A DNA stretch of 64,000 bases from an uncultured bacterium (GTDB taxonomy: Bacteria; Fidelibacterota; UBA2242; JAFGTP01): assembly GCA_964640055.1 (NCBI GenBank), contig CAZXFH010000001.1:6744-70743 (forward strand), written 5' to 3'. The notes below the pieces were generated by a model. The model saw only the letters and a list, made by a program, of their open reading frames with translations, did no database searches and was not told the DNA's origin. Made by a program: the position numbers and the translations under genes. Shown one piece after another: positions 50,370 through 59,669 of this stretch. Within the stretch, counting starts at the first letter, position 1; every line of letters starts with the position of its first letter.

Positions 50370-51157
50370 AATTGCTCCTTAATCAATATGCCTGATAATT
50401 CCTTTTTCCTTAGTTCAATTTTACGTTTCAATTGTAGATAACAGGGCAGACCTGCCCGCTTTTGTATAAGAACATTAGTACTTAATTCGGAAAAGTTCCC
50501 ATTGAATATTATTTCTCCGCTATCCATGATCCATAAAAAATCACAGACATTTTTCAGAAATTTAAAATCATGGGTTATCACAATCAATGCTTGGTATTTC
50601 TGGCGTCTTTTTATGATTCTCTGTAATTGTGACTTCCCTCGAGAGCCCAGACTAATAGTGGGCTCATCCAGGATCAAGACATCTGGTTCACAAGCAAAAT
50701 TTAAGGCCAAGGCAAACCGCCTTAACTCGCCACTACTGAGGGCATATCCATTTTTATTGATTATATCCACTAATCCAATATCAAAAAAACCCAGTACTTC
50801 TTTTATTTTTTTATATAAGCCCGTGAATTTTTGATTTCTATTACTTATCAATTGGAGCGTATCTTTTATCTTGTTCCCGAGGAACAGATTCTCTGGAAAT
50901 TGCGGTGAGTATAGGATATCTAATGCAGCAAAGTTTATATTGCTATTATGACAGGAAAAGTTTTTTTTACCCGATTGTAGATCAATTATTCCTGCTAATA
51001 TTTTTCCTAAAGTGGTCTTCCCAGATCCTGATAGACCATAAATGCCCAGCGGGGATATAAATCGGTAATCCAGCCGTTCAGTATGTAATCGAAAGCTTTT
51101 ATTTCCCGGATATTTAAAATGTAATTTATTCAGCTGCAGTGATATTGCTTCTAGCAT
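50366..51157 (-). CDS. ABC-type ATPase, EcfA/CbiO-like
   Basis: Walker A GLSGSGKTTLGK, signature LSSGELRR and Walker B LILDEP. Confidence 0.7.
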   Translation of the reverse strand: MLEAISLQLNKLHFKYPGNKSFRLHTERLDYRFISPLGIYGLSGSGKTTLGKILAGIIDLQSGKKNFSCHNSNINFAALDILYSPQFPENLFLGNKIKDTLQLISNRNQKFTGLYKKIKEVLGFFDIGLVDIINKNGYALSSGELRRFALALNFACEPDVLILDEPTISLGSRGKSQLQRIIKRRQKYQALIVITHDFKFLKNVCDFLWIMDSGEIIFNGNFSELSTNVLIQKRAGLPCYLQLKRKIELRKKELSGILIKEQL

Positions 51158-51825
51158 TGATCAAACTCATTTAAACCCAAATATGAGGTTGTTTCGCCCT
51201 GATAGACAATCCGTCCATCCTCCAGTCTGATAATATAATCAGCCAGATAAATCTCTTCTTCTTCATGAGTTGTCCATATCATGCTGATCCTGTTATCTCT
51301 CTTTTGCTCTAATCGATTGTAAAACGACATCCGGTCCACAATATCCAGAAAAGAGGTTGGTTCATCTAAAATTAATAAAGATGGCTTGGCGATAAGAATA
51401 CTCATCAGGGCGAGATGCTGTTTTTGTCCGCCGGACAATTCGTTAGGAGAATCTTTGCGTCGCTCCCAAAGTCCCATATGCACTAACGCCTCTTGCACTC
51501 TACGATCAATTTCCTTATAAGATAATCCCATATTTTCCAGATTGAAAGCCAGTTCACGCTCCAGATTTAGTTGGATCAGTTGATCATCAGGATTTTGGAA
51601 AATATACCCGATCCCCAGAGGGTTTTGTTTAAGCGTCCCCGGCAGTTGAAGTTCTCCTTGGTTAGGTTGAAGTAATCCGGCAATTATTTTTATTAAGCTT
51701 GTTTTACCGGAACCACACTCACCCGTAATGGCAACCCATCTATGGAGAGGGATCCTGAGATTTAGGTTCGTAAACAGAGGGGTTTCCGTATAATTAAAGC
51801 AAATATTTTCCAGGGTAATTCTCAC
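51151..51825 (-). CDS. ABC-type ATPase, EcfA/CbiO-like
   Basis: GECGSGKTSLIK, YIFQNPDDQL (CbiO-like), LSGGQKQ and LILDEPTS. Confidence 0.7.
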   Translation of the reverse strand: MRITLENICFNYTETPLFTNLNLRIPLHRWVAITGECGSGKTSLIKIIAGLLQPNQGELQLPGTLKQNPLGIGYIFQNPDDQLIQLNLERELAFNLENMGLSYKEIDRRVQEALVHMGLWERRKDSPNELSGGQKQHLALMSILIAKPSLLILDEPTSFLDIVDRMSFYNRLEQKRDNRISMIWTTHEEEEIYLADYIIRLEDGRIVYQGETTSYLGLNEFDQC

Positions 51826-53102
51826 TCTGACTCCAGAATTTCTTTAACGGTACGTGCTGAGGCACCCAAATTTTTAATAATCACCTGCCGGGCGGTTATA
51901 GCCATATGTTCATAATATCCCCGTTCATTGATCATATGAGCTATTTCACAGTACAAATCCTCACTATTAGCACAACATCGACCACCTCCACTTTCCAATA
52001 ACAATTTTGCTTCTCTTGAATTGTGAAAGGTCGGCCCGAATAAAACCGGTATAGTTGCAGCAGCGGGTTCCATTACATTGTGAATCGATCCCCGAAAACT
52101 ACCCCCTATAAAGGCCACATCCGCCTGATGATACAGCTCTGCAAGTACCCCGACACTATCTATTAGAACCACCGCTGTCTTGGTGTCTGTCTTATCAACC
52201 TCCGAAAATCTAGTAGTTTGATAGCCCTGATATTCAAAATTGTCCTCCAAAGTCTCCAATGCATACTCGTTTGGTTCATGGGGAGCGAGAATCACTCTGA
52301 ACTGTTGATAGATTTGCATCAATTTGAAAATTGCCGGTAATATATGCCGGGCATCCTGCGGCCAAATACTACCGCATATTAACACAAAACCCGACGGAAA
52401 TAGCTGGGGTATCTTGGTGAGAACTCTTTTCTGGGCCCTGTGAAACACCTGATCATAGCGGGTATCCCCCAGATTAAGTACTTTTATCGGTACAGAACCT
52501 ATTAAACTTTCAACCGAGTGCTTATCCTCCTGGGAGATTGCATAAATATAATCCAGACAGCGATAGATCTCACCGAAAAAAGTTTTTACCACGGGAAACC
52601 ATTTAGTACTTTTACGGCGTACCCTGGCGGACATGAGATAGGTTTTTACTTTATGCCTGCGTGCGTTCAGGATCAAATTCATCCAGAGTTCATAAGTAAC
52701 AAATATGATCTTGCGTGGCTTTAATTTTTGAATAAACTTCCGAGTCCTTAAGAAGGTATCCAGTGGAAGATAAATATAAAGATCTACTTCAGTAACCCGC
52801 TTGGCATGTTTGAATCCACTGGGTGAAGTGAAACTGGCGATAATTCCTATATCGGGGCGCAAGGCCTTTAATCCTTTGATTACCGGCCTGGCTTGTTCAA
52901 ATTCACCTAGGGAAGCCGAATGAATTAAAAAAAGAGGTTTATGTGGATTGGCTGTACGGTATTTACGTACCTCTCGCCAACTACGACGCCTTCCTTGAAT
53001 GCCTTCCCGGGATTTCTTACTGAACAGATAGGAGATATGATAGATCATAAAGGATAAAGGAATGAAAATGACATTATATATAATAAACCAGAAAAAAATC
53101 AA
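51822..53102 (-). CDS. waaA: 3-deoxy-D-manno-octulosonic acid (Kdo) transferase
   Basis: N-terminal TM segment and LIHSASLGEFEQARPVI. About 426 aa. Confidence 0.75.
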   Translation of the reverse strand: MIFFWFIIYNVIFIPLSFMIYHISYLFSKKSREGIQGRRRSWREVRKYRTANPHKPLFLIHSASLGEFEQARPVIKGLKALRPDIGIIASFTSPSGFKHAKRVTEVDLYIYLPLDTFLRTRKFIQKLKPRKIIFVTYELWMNLILNARRHKVKTYLMSARVRRKSTKWFPVVKTFFGEIYRCLDYIYAISQEDKHSVESLIGSVPIKVLNLGDTRYDQVFHRAQKRVLTKIPQLFPSGFVLICGSIWPQDARHILPAIFKLMQIYQQFRVILAPHEPNEYALETLEDNFEYQGYQTTRFSEVDKTDTKTAVVLIDSVGVLAELYHQADVAFIGGSFRGSIHNVMEPAAATIPVLFGPTFHNSREAKLLLESGGGRCCANSEDLYCEIAHMINERGYYEHMAITARQVIIKNLGASARTVKEILESE

Positions 53103-53105
53103 AAC

Positions 53106-54137
53106 TCAGGCTCCCAGTAATGATTGTTTGATGGTACTAAATATCTCTGTTGGCGCTATATCCAAACAATATTGCTGTTGTCGGTAACAGACCCGATCTC
53201 CTTTTTGGGAACAGGGACGGCACCAGATTTGGCGCTCAAAGGTTAAACTTTGCTTAAGATTGCACCCGGCACCGGTTTCACGGGAGGTGGGACCTAAGAT
53301 TAAGCCTACCGGAACTCCCAAGGCTTCAGCAGCATAAACCAATCCGGTATCATTACCAATAACCGCTCTGCTTTCTGATAATAATGCCAGAGTGGTGGTT
53401 AAGTCTGTCATTCCACGGAGCAGAATACTTTTATCTGGAAGTAGATCCTTAATTGGTGTTAGGTAATCATCCTGAGAGCCACCAAGCCAGATTATGGGAA
53501 TATTCAGATCTTCATTTATTTTTTTAGCTAAAGCAACAAACTTCGGTAAAGGATATCTTTTATTGTACCAGGTTGCAACAGGAAGAAAAGTAACGTAGGG
53601 TTTTGTAATATTATGCTGACGAATTATTTCCAGAGCATCTTTTTTAGCCTGTTCGTCTAGATATATTTCCGGCATATTATCATTCGCATAAATATTCAAA
53701 GGGTGTAATACATTGAAATAAGCCTGTCTTAAATTATAGCTGTCCGCAAATAAATTAATATAAAAATAAAATAATAAAATGCGTTTGAAATATGGTTTTT
53801 TATATCGGAGACTAGGTATTCCTCTCAAAAAACGGCCTAATATTAAACTCCGAATACTACTGTGAAAATCTATAAAGAGAGAATAGCCTTTTTGTTGCAG
53901 TTGTTGGCACAAGCTTAACCAACCGGATAATCCTTTAGCGGTATCAAAGGTAATCACTTGGAAAATCTGAGGATTGTATAACAGAAGGGGCTTATATTGT
54001 TCTTTGGTAAGAAAATCGACCTTGGCTTTGGGGTAGCGCTTGTGTAAGGGTTCCAGAATGGAAGTTAACTGTACAATGTCACCCAGTGAACTCAAGCGGA
54101 TAATTAGTATTTTTCGGGGCTCCTGGATAAGATTCAC
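53106..54137 (-). CDS. glycosyltransferase family 9 (LPS heptosyltransferase-like) with a Cys-rich C-terminal tail
   Basis: ILIIRLSSLGDIVQLTSIL N-terminal signature. C-terminal CRPCSQKGDRVCYRQQQYC. Confidence 0.65.
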   Translation of the reverse strand: MNLIQEPRKILIIRLSSLGDIVQLTSILEPLHKRYPKAKVDFLTKEQYKPLLLYNPQIFQVITFDTAKGLSGWLSLCQQLQQKGYSLFIDFHSSIRSLILGRFLRGIPSLRYKKPYFKRILLFYFYINLFADSYNLRQAYFNVLHPLNIYANDNMPEIYLDEQAKKDALEIIRQHNITKPYVTFLPVATWYNKRYPLPKFVALAKKINEDLNIPIIWLGGSQDDYLTPIKDLLPDKSILLRGMTDLTTTLALLSESRAVIGNDTGLVYAAEALGVPVGLILGPTSRETGAGCNLKQSLTFERQIWCRPCSQKGDRVCYRQQQYCLDIAPTEIFSTIKQSLLGA

Positions 54138-55114
54138 TTACTTCTTTGTTGATTGTATTTTACCAATTCAATGAGTGCGTTTTTAGCGGGACTATCCGGG
54201 AAGGATGCAAGTTCCTGTATAGCTTTAAGAGATAGGTCACCAATACATTCCTGGGTATAAACGATTCCGCCGTTTTCTTTGACGATCGCATTTATTTCCT
54301 CAACCTCTTCCTGTTTGGCCCCTTTTCGGATTAACTTTTTTAAACGTTTTCTTTTTAAATCCGGCAATTTTTTTAAAGTATGAATCAGGGGCAGGGTTAA
54401 AATATTACTCTTTACATCCCGACTGATTGGTTTCCCAATCCGCTCGGCATCCCCAGTATAATCAAAGAGGTCATCTTTCATCTGAAAGGCCATCCCTACA
54501 TTTTTGCCATATCGATAGAGAGCACACCTTTTTTCAGGCTTTGCAGCCACACTAGCGGCCCCCATTTTGCAGCTCGTGGCAAACAAGGAAGCGGTTTTCG
54601 CCCAGATCATCTGGCGATAAGTTTCTTCATCCATTCCTCTGGTATAACTTTTTTCAATCTGTAATATTTCTCCAGAACTCAACAGTTCCGATGTCTTGGA
54701 CAGTAAACTTAACAGATTGTAATCCCGCAGTTTAATCATATAACTTAAACTTTTACTGAAAAGATAATCACCGATCAAGACCGCAACTTGATTATGCCAG
54801 AGCGCATTGACCGACGGTTGACCGCGGCGGGTATCACTCTGATCTACGATGTCGTCGTGAATCAAAGTTGCGGTATGCAGCAGCTCGACCAGACAGGCTG
54901 AGATTGTAGTGCGGCGGTTTGGTTGGCCGCATAATTGGGCCGTCAGCATTACCAGTAAAGGCCGAATTTGTTTACTTTCCTGTGATAGGATATATTCCCC
55001 AATCTTATCGATCAGTTTTACTTCAGAACGCAGAGCCCGTGCAAATTCTTCCTGAAATAGTCTTTGTTCCGCTTCTATAGATGTAAAAATCTCTGATAAT
55101 TTACTTTTATTCAT
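54134..55114 (-). CDS. polyprenyl diphosphate synthase (IspB-like, trans-IPPS)
   Basis: First motif LIHDDIVDQSDTRRG and second motif KDDLFDYTGD. Confidence 0.8.
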   Translation of the reverse strand: MNKSKLSEIFTSIEAEQRLFQEEFARALRSEVKLIDKIGEYILSQESKQIRPLLVMLTAQLCGQPNRRTTISACLVELLHTATLIHDDIVDQSDTRRGQPSVNALWHNQVAVLIGDYLFSKSLSYMIKLRDYNLLSLLSKTSELLSSGEILQIEKSYTRGMDEETYRQMIWAKTASLFATSCKMGAASVAAKPEKRCALYRYGKNVGMAFQMKDDLFDYTGDAERIGKPISRDVKSNILTLPLIHTLKKLPDLKRKRLKKLIRKGAKQEEVEEINAIVKENGGIVYTQECIGDLSLKAIQELASFPDSPAKNALIELVKYNQQRSK

Positions 55115-55124
55115 AATATTTTAC

Positions 55125-55907
55125 TTAGCCTGCTAAAGAATCTTGGTCATCCTCTTCTGGTAAATCACGGGGCTTATAGGCCACTCGCGATACAATAATA
55201 CTAAATTCATACAACAATACTAAAGGAATTCCCATCATCATCATACTAACCGGATCAGGAGGTGTAATAAAGGCCGCTAAGATCAGAGCTATAATAACCG
55301 CATAACGCCAGTATTTACGTAAAATACGGGGAGAAATCAGTCCCATTTTGGTTAACATAAACGATAAAATAGGCATCTGGAAAATAACCCCGGTGGCGAC
55401 AATTAGCTGCAAAACAAATTTAGTATAATAAATAATGGAAATGTTCTTTCTAACCTCTTCTGCCCCCAGTTTAATTAAAAAATTCATGGCAAAGGGAATG
55501 ATAACAAAATAGGCAAAAGCACTGCCCGCCAAGAAAAACAACGTGACACTGATCACTAGCCCCGGTCCCCACCGTTTTTCATCGGGATATAATCCCGGAG
55601 CGATAAAAGCCCAGAACTGATAGATTATCACCGGAATAGAAAAAACAATTCCCATAACGAAAGCCACCCAGAACTTTAACATTAACATGCCTTGGACTTT
55701 TAACACCTGGATGGTCATAAAATTTTCTACCCGTTGGGTAGGTAATAGCAGCAGATCAATGAAAAAATCAGAGCAGATAAAAGCGCCGATGGCGAAAACT
55801 ACTACGGCGGCTAAAGATTTGATAATCCGCCACCTAAACTCCTCCAAATGATCTAAAAATCCCATATCATGGATATTTTTTGATTGTGCTTTATTTTTTT
55901 TAGGCAT
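55125..55907 (-). CDS. tatC: twin-arginine translocase subunit TatC
   Basis: HLEEFRWRIIKSL start and 6 TM helices. About 260 aa. Confidence 0.8.
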   Translation of the reverse strand: MPKKNKAQSKNIHDMGFLDHLEEFRWRIIKSLAAVVVFAIGAFICSDFFIDLLLLPTQRVENFMTIQVLKVQGMLMLKFWVAFVMGIVFSIPVIIYQFWAFIAPGLYPDEKRWGPGLVISVTLFFLAGSAFAYFVIIPFAMNFLIKLGAEEVRKNISIIYYTKFVLQLIVATGVIFQMPILSFMLTKMGLISPRILRKYWRYAVIIALILAAFITPPDPVSMMMMGIPLVLLYEFSIIVSRVAYKPRDLPEEDDQDSLAG

Positions 55908-56173
55908 GAATTATTAATTTACAGAATTAAAACAGACCTCTATTTCATACCCCATAATTTATAAGAATAACTCCTTTTTTCTCATATAAATTTGGGACTA
56001 AATGCTTAGTGGCTATTTAAAGAATGAGTCTTATCCGATTGATAAAATTCAGATAGTTATAAAATCTAGAAAAAATACTCTAATACAGTTCTTCTGTGAC
56101 AACCCAAATCTAATATTAACATCCAATAAATTAGTCGGAATGATTTTTCGAATTACGATAAAGGGGGTTCAAA

Positions 56174-56490
56174 TGAAAAATATTATAAAAATCTTTGGTT
56201 TGGTTCTTTTTTTTGTAAGTCTTGTGTTAGGAACTTATTTATTGAGCACCAAAAAAGACACTTCACCGGTAATAGAAGTATCAGCCTCTATTGATAATTT
56301 TGATAATGCCTTAATTAGTGGTTTAATCCAATTGCACACCACCTCAACTTATGCAAAATATGGCTATATAAAAATCAAGTTCGATAACAATGAAATCCTG
56401 GCTCGCGTTCCCATGCGAGAACTGGATAGTTTAGTTTCCGGTGAAGTTGAATATTCGGAATTTATCCGATCGTTTATCAAATTCACCTGA
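56174..56490 (+). CDS. small membrane-anchored hypothetical protein
   Basis: Start at MKNIIKIFGLVLFFVSLVLG with an AGGGGG Shine-Dalgarno 6 nt upstream. The longer ORF-track start at 56002 lacks an RBS. Confidence 0.5.
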
Positions 56491-56530
56491 TAATTTAACA
56501 CTCTTACCACCTACCACTCCCTCATACTAA

Positions 56531-56557
56531 AGGGCCTGTATATCAGGCCCTTTTTTA
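56531..56557 (+). terminator. rho-independent terminator
   Basis: AGGGCCTG-tatat-CAGGCCCT gives a perfect 8-bp GC-rich stem followed by TTTTTT. Confidence 0.85.
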
Positions 56558-56625
56558 CCTCCAAATTAAAGCATTGATAATGGCATTAAAACTGATTATA
56601 CTTTCTTGACATATATGAGGAACCA

Positions 56626-59598
56626 ATGGACCCCAAGGAACTAAATTATTTTTATAACAAATTTAAATATGGTGAAGAAAGTTTTCACGATTTAATGCAA
56701 AATAGAATTAAAGAAATTCTATTGGTTTCCAGTTTTTACGATGCCTTTACCTTTGAACAAGACGGACGTCTATCAGAACAGATTTTCGGCGAATATCGTC
56801 AGTTGAATCTTAGTACTGCTCCCCGGGTCACAAGTGTTCCCACGGCAGATGAGGCCCTTAAACTGCTGGATAAGAAATCTTTCGATTTGGTCATCACTAT
56901 GCTGCATGTTGGCAAGACCCCCTCTTCAGAACTGGCTAAACAGATTAAAAATAAACAGAAAGATCTACCCGTGGTACTTCTGTTAAGCACCCTATCTGAC
57001 ACGAAATATTTTGAACCCATCATTGAAGTTGATCAGGCTTTTGATAATATCTTTCTCTGGAATGGCGATGCCAAATTATTTTTAGCAATCATTAAATCAA
57101 TAGAAGATAAACGAAATGTTGAATTTGATACGAAACAGGGTTTAGTAAGGGTCATTTTATTAGTAGAAGATTCGATTAAATACTATTCAATTTTTCTACC
57201 TCTACTCTATCAGGAAATTGTCAAACAAACACAAATACTGATCCGGGAAGAACTCAATGATATTAACAAACGGCTGCGTATGCGGGCGCGTCCCAAAGTA
57301 ATCCTGGTACATACCTATGAAGAAGCCCAGCAAATATATGCCAAATACCGTGAATATATAATAGCGGTTATTTCCGATATCCGGTATCCTAAAAACGGAA
57401 AGGTAAATGATAAAGCCGGTATACAACTAATTCGCAATATTAAACAGGATGAATTCGATATTCCAACCAGCTTACTTTCCTCTGATCTGGGGAATAAAGA
57501 GCAGGCCGAGCAACTACACTCCACCTTTTTAAACAAATATTCCAAAAGACTATTAAACAATTTAAGTCAATTTATCCACGATCATCTCGGTTTTGGAGAA
57601 TTTATCTTCAAGGATGCTCAAGGTAGTACAATAGATAAGGCCAAATCCCTGGAAGAATTCAAAAATATACTGGAATCTATACCTGACGCGTCGATTATTT
57701 ACCACAGTAAACGCAACCACTTCAGTGCCTGGCTCATGGCGCGCGGAGAAATACGGATCGCCAGGAAAATACGTCCCTTAAAGGTTAAGGACTTCTCTTC
57801 AGTCAAAGCAATTCGCTCTCACTTGAGCTCGACTTTGGATGAAATCCTGAATCGGCGTCGCAAAGGTAATATCATTAATTTTCATCCTTTACGCGGACTA
57901 GAATCCAATCAAATAATACGCCTGGCAGAAGGATCCCTGGGCGGTAAAGGTCGCGGCCTAGCCTTTCTGAATGCTCTACTCGTGACGATGGAATTGGAAA
58001 CCCATTTTGGTGACAGTCATATTCTACTACCAGGAACCGCAATAATCGGAACCAACGAATATGATGATTTTATAGAGCGAAATAAGATTGCTGAAATTGA
58101 GGTTGAAAATAAGACAGATCAAGAAATCAATAGGCTTTTTTTGCAGGGCAAGCTATCACAAAGTTTAATCCAAAAACTGAGCGAGTTATTACAAAAGGTT
58201 AATTTTCCTCTAGCCGTCCGCTCCTCAGGTTTACTGGAAGATTCCTATTCTGAACCTTTTGCTGGTATCTATCGTACTTTTATGGTACCCAATAATGACC
58301 CTGATTTCGGGGCCCGTTTAAACCAGTTGAGTCAAGCGATTAAATTAGTTTATGCCTCTGTCTATACAGAAAACGCCCGTTCATATATTGAGAGTCTAAA
58401 TCATCAACTTGATGAAGAGAAAATGGCAGTTCTCATTCAGAGAATTGCTGGTGAAAATTATAACCAACAATATTTTTATCCTCACTTTTCCGGAGTAGCG
58501 CAATCCTATAATTTTTATCCAATCTCACAACTAAAAAATGAGGATGGGATTGTCTCGCTCGCTGTTGGCCTGGGTAGAACCGTGATGGAAGGTGGGCAGG
58601 TTTTTCGCTTTTGCCCCTCCTATCCGAAAAAAGATTTCTTTCAACCGGAGACTCAACTAAAAGACTCACAGAGACGATTCTATGCCATTAAAATGGATGA
58701 CCCGCAATTCAACCTTACTCTCGGTGAAGAGGTCACTTTAGAGAGATTGGATATAAAAAAAGCCGAAGAACATGGAGTACTAAAACAGCTGGCCTCTACC
58801 TGGGATATCCATGATAAAAAATTATTGCCCGGCTTACGTAGGCAGGGTCCACGCGTTGTAAATTTTGTAAATATTGTCAAATATGAATATTTTCCTTTAG
58901 CAGATATCATTAATAAACTGTTAGAGATCGGGGATGCCGCTCTGGGAATGCCAGTCGAAATAGAATTTGCGGTTGATCTCAAGAAAAATATCAAACAAGA
59001 CCAGTATCCCGCTTTCTATGTTCTTCAAATTCGTCCCTTAACCATCGGAACCGAGGAGGTAAGTATCCCTAAAGAACTGGATAAAGAAAATATTTTACTT
59101 GCCACAAATAAAGGGATGGGAAACGGCACTTTTAAGCATCTAAAGGATATTATCTATCTAGATCCCCGGAAATTTGACAAAGGGAAAACACAGCAGATGA
59201 AAAAAGAAATATCCCGGCTGAACCAGGAAATGGACACTCAGAATCGCGACTATATTTTGATTGGTCCGGGGCGCTGGGGTTCCCAGGATCGTTTTCTAGG
59301 GATTCCGGTGCGCTTCATTGACATTCACAGGGCCAAAGTTATTGTCGAAATGGGTCTCAAAGATTTCAATATTGATCCATCCCAGGGAACTCACTTCTTC
59401 CACAATGTCGTGGCCATGAAATTAGGTTATTTTTCAGTGCCTTACCATTCTCAGACAAATTTTATTGATTGGGAATGGGTTTATAATCAAGATGCCGAAC
59501 AAAAGAGCCCCTATTTTTTTCACATCAGAACTTATAACCCCTTACAGGTCAAAATGGATGGGCGTATTGGCCGCGCCGTGATTTTAAAACCTCAATAG
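56626..59598 (+). CDS. large regulatory-type protein: N-terminal receiver-like domains plus a C-terminal PEP/pyruvate-binding (PPDK_N ATP-grasp) domain
   Basis: GSLGGKGRGLAFLNAL, AVRSSGLLEDSYSEPFAGIYRTFMVP and VEIEFAVD...FYVLQIRPLT match the PEP-synthase/PPDK N-domain. There is no phosphohistidine or PEP-utilising domain. The N-terminal 400 aa are CheY-like alpha/beta but degenerate. Confidence 0.6.
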   Translation: MDPKELNYFYNKFKYGEESFHDLMQNRIKEILLVSSFYDAFTFEQDGRLSEQIFGEYRQLNLSTAPRVTSVPTADEALKLLDKKSFDLVITMLHVGKTPSSELAKQIKNKQKDLPVVLLLSTLSDTKYFEPIIEVDQAFDNIFLWNGDAKLFLAIIKSIEDKRNVEFDTKQGLVRVILLVEDSIKYYSIFLPLLYQEIVKQTQILIREELNDINKRLRMRARPKVILVHTYEEAQQIYAKYREYIIAVISDIRYPKNGKVNDKAGIQLIRNIKQDEFDIPTSLLSSDLGNKEQAEQLHSTFLNKYSKRLLNNLSQFIHDHLGFGEFIFKDAQGSTIDKAKSLEEFKNILESIPDASIIYHSKRNHFSAWLMARGEIRIARKIRPLKVKDFSSVKAIRSHLSSTLDEILNRRRKGNIINFHPLRGLESNQIIRLAEGSLGGKGRGLAFLNALLVTMELETHFGDSHILLPGTAIIGTNEYDDFIERNKIAEIEVENKTDQEINRLFLQGKLSQSLIQKLSELLQKVNFPLAVRSSGLLEDSYSEPFAGIYRTFMVPNNDPDFGARLNQLSQAIKLVYASVYTENARSYIESLNHQLDEEKMAVLIQRIAGENYNQQYFYPHFSGVAQSYNFYPISQLKNEDGIVSLAVGLGRTVMEGGQVFRFCPSYPKKDFFQPETQLKDSQRRFYAIKMDDPQFNLTLGEEVTLERLDIKKAEEHGVLKQLASTWDIHDKKLLPGLRRQGPRVVNFVNIVKYEYFPLADIINKLLEIGDAALGMPVEIEFAVDLKKNIKQDQYPAFYVLQIRPLTIGTEEVSIPKELDKENILLATNKGMGNGTFKHLKDIIYLDPRKFDKGKTQQMKKEISRLNQEMDTQNRDYILIGPGRWGSQDRFLGIPVRFIDIHRAKVIVEMGLKDFNIDPSQGTHFFHNVVAMKLGYFSVPYHSQTNFIDWEWVYNQDAEQKSPYFFHIRTYNPLQVKMDGRIGRAVILKPQ

Positions 59599-59606
59599 AA
59601 TCTATT

Positions 59607-59638
59607 AAAGCCACTACGGCTGGAGTAGCGGCTTTTAT
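59607..59638. terminator. putative bidirectional terminator hairpin between convergent genes
   Basis: AGCCACTAC-ggctgga-GTAGCGGCT pairs 8 of 9 bp, followed by TTTT on the plus strand and a TTT run on the minus strand. Confidence 0.45.
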
Positions 59639-59669
59639 CAGATATGCTAAATCAAGTCCTATTCACTAT

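Noticed and set aside
56002-56173. Longer N-terminal extension of the small membrane protein (ORF-track start at 56002).
   Set aside because: No RBS at 56002. A perfect AGGGGG Shine-Dalgarno precedes the internal ATG at 56174, which also begins the hydrophobic segment.
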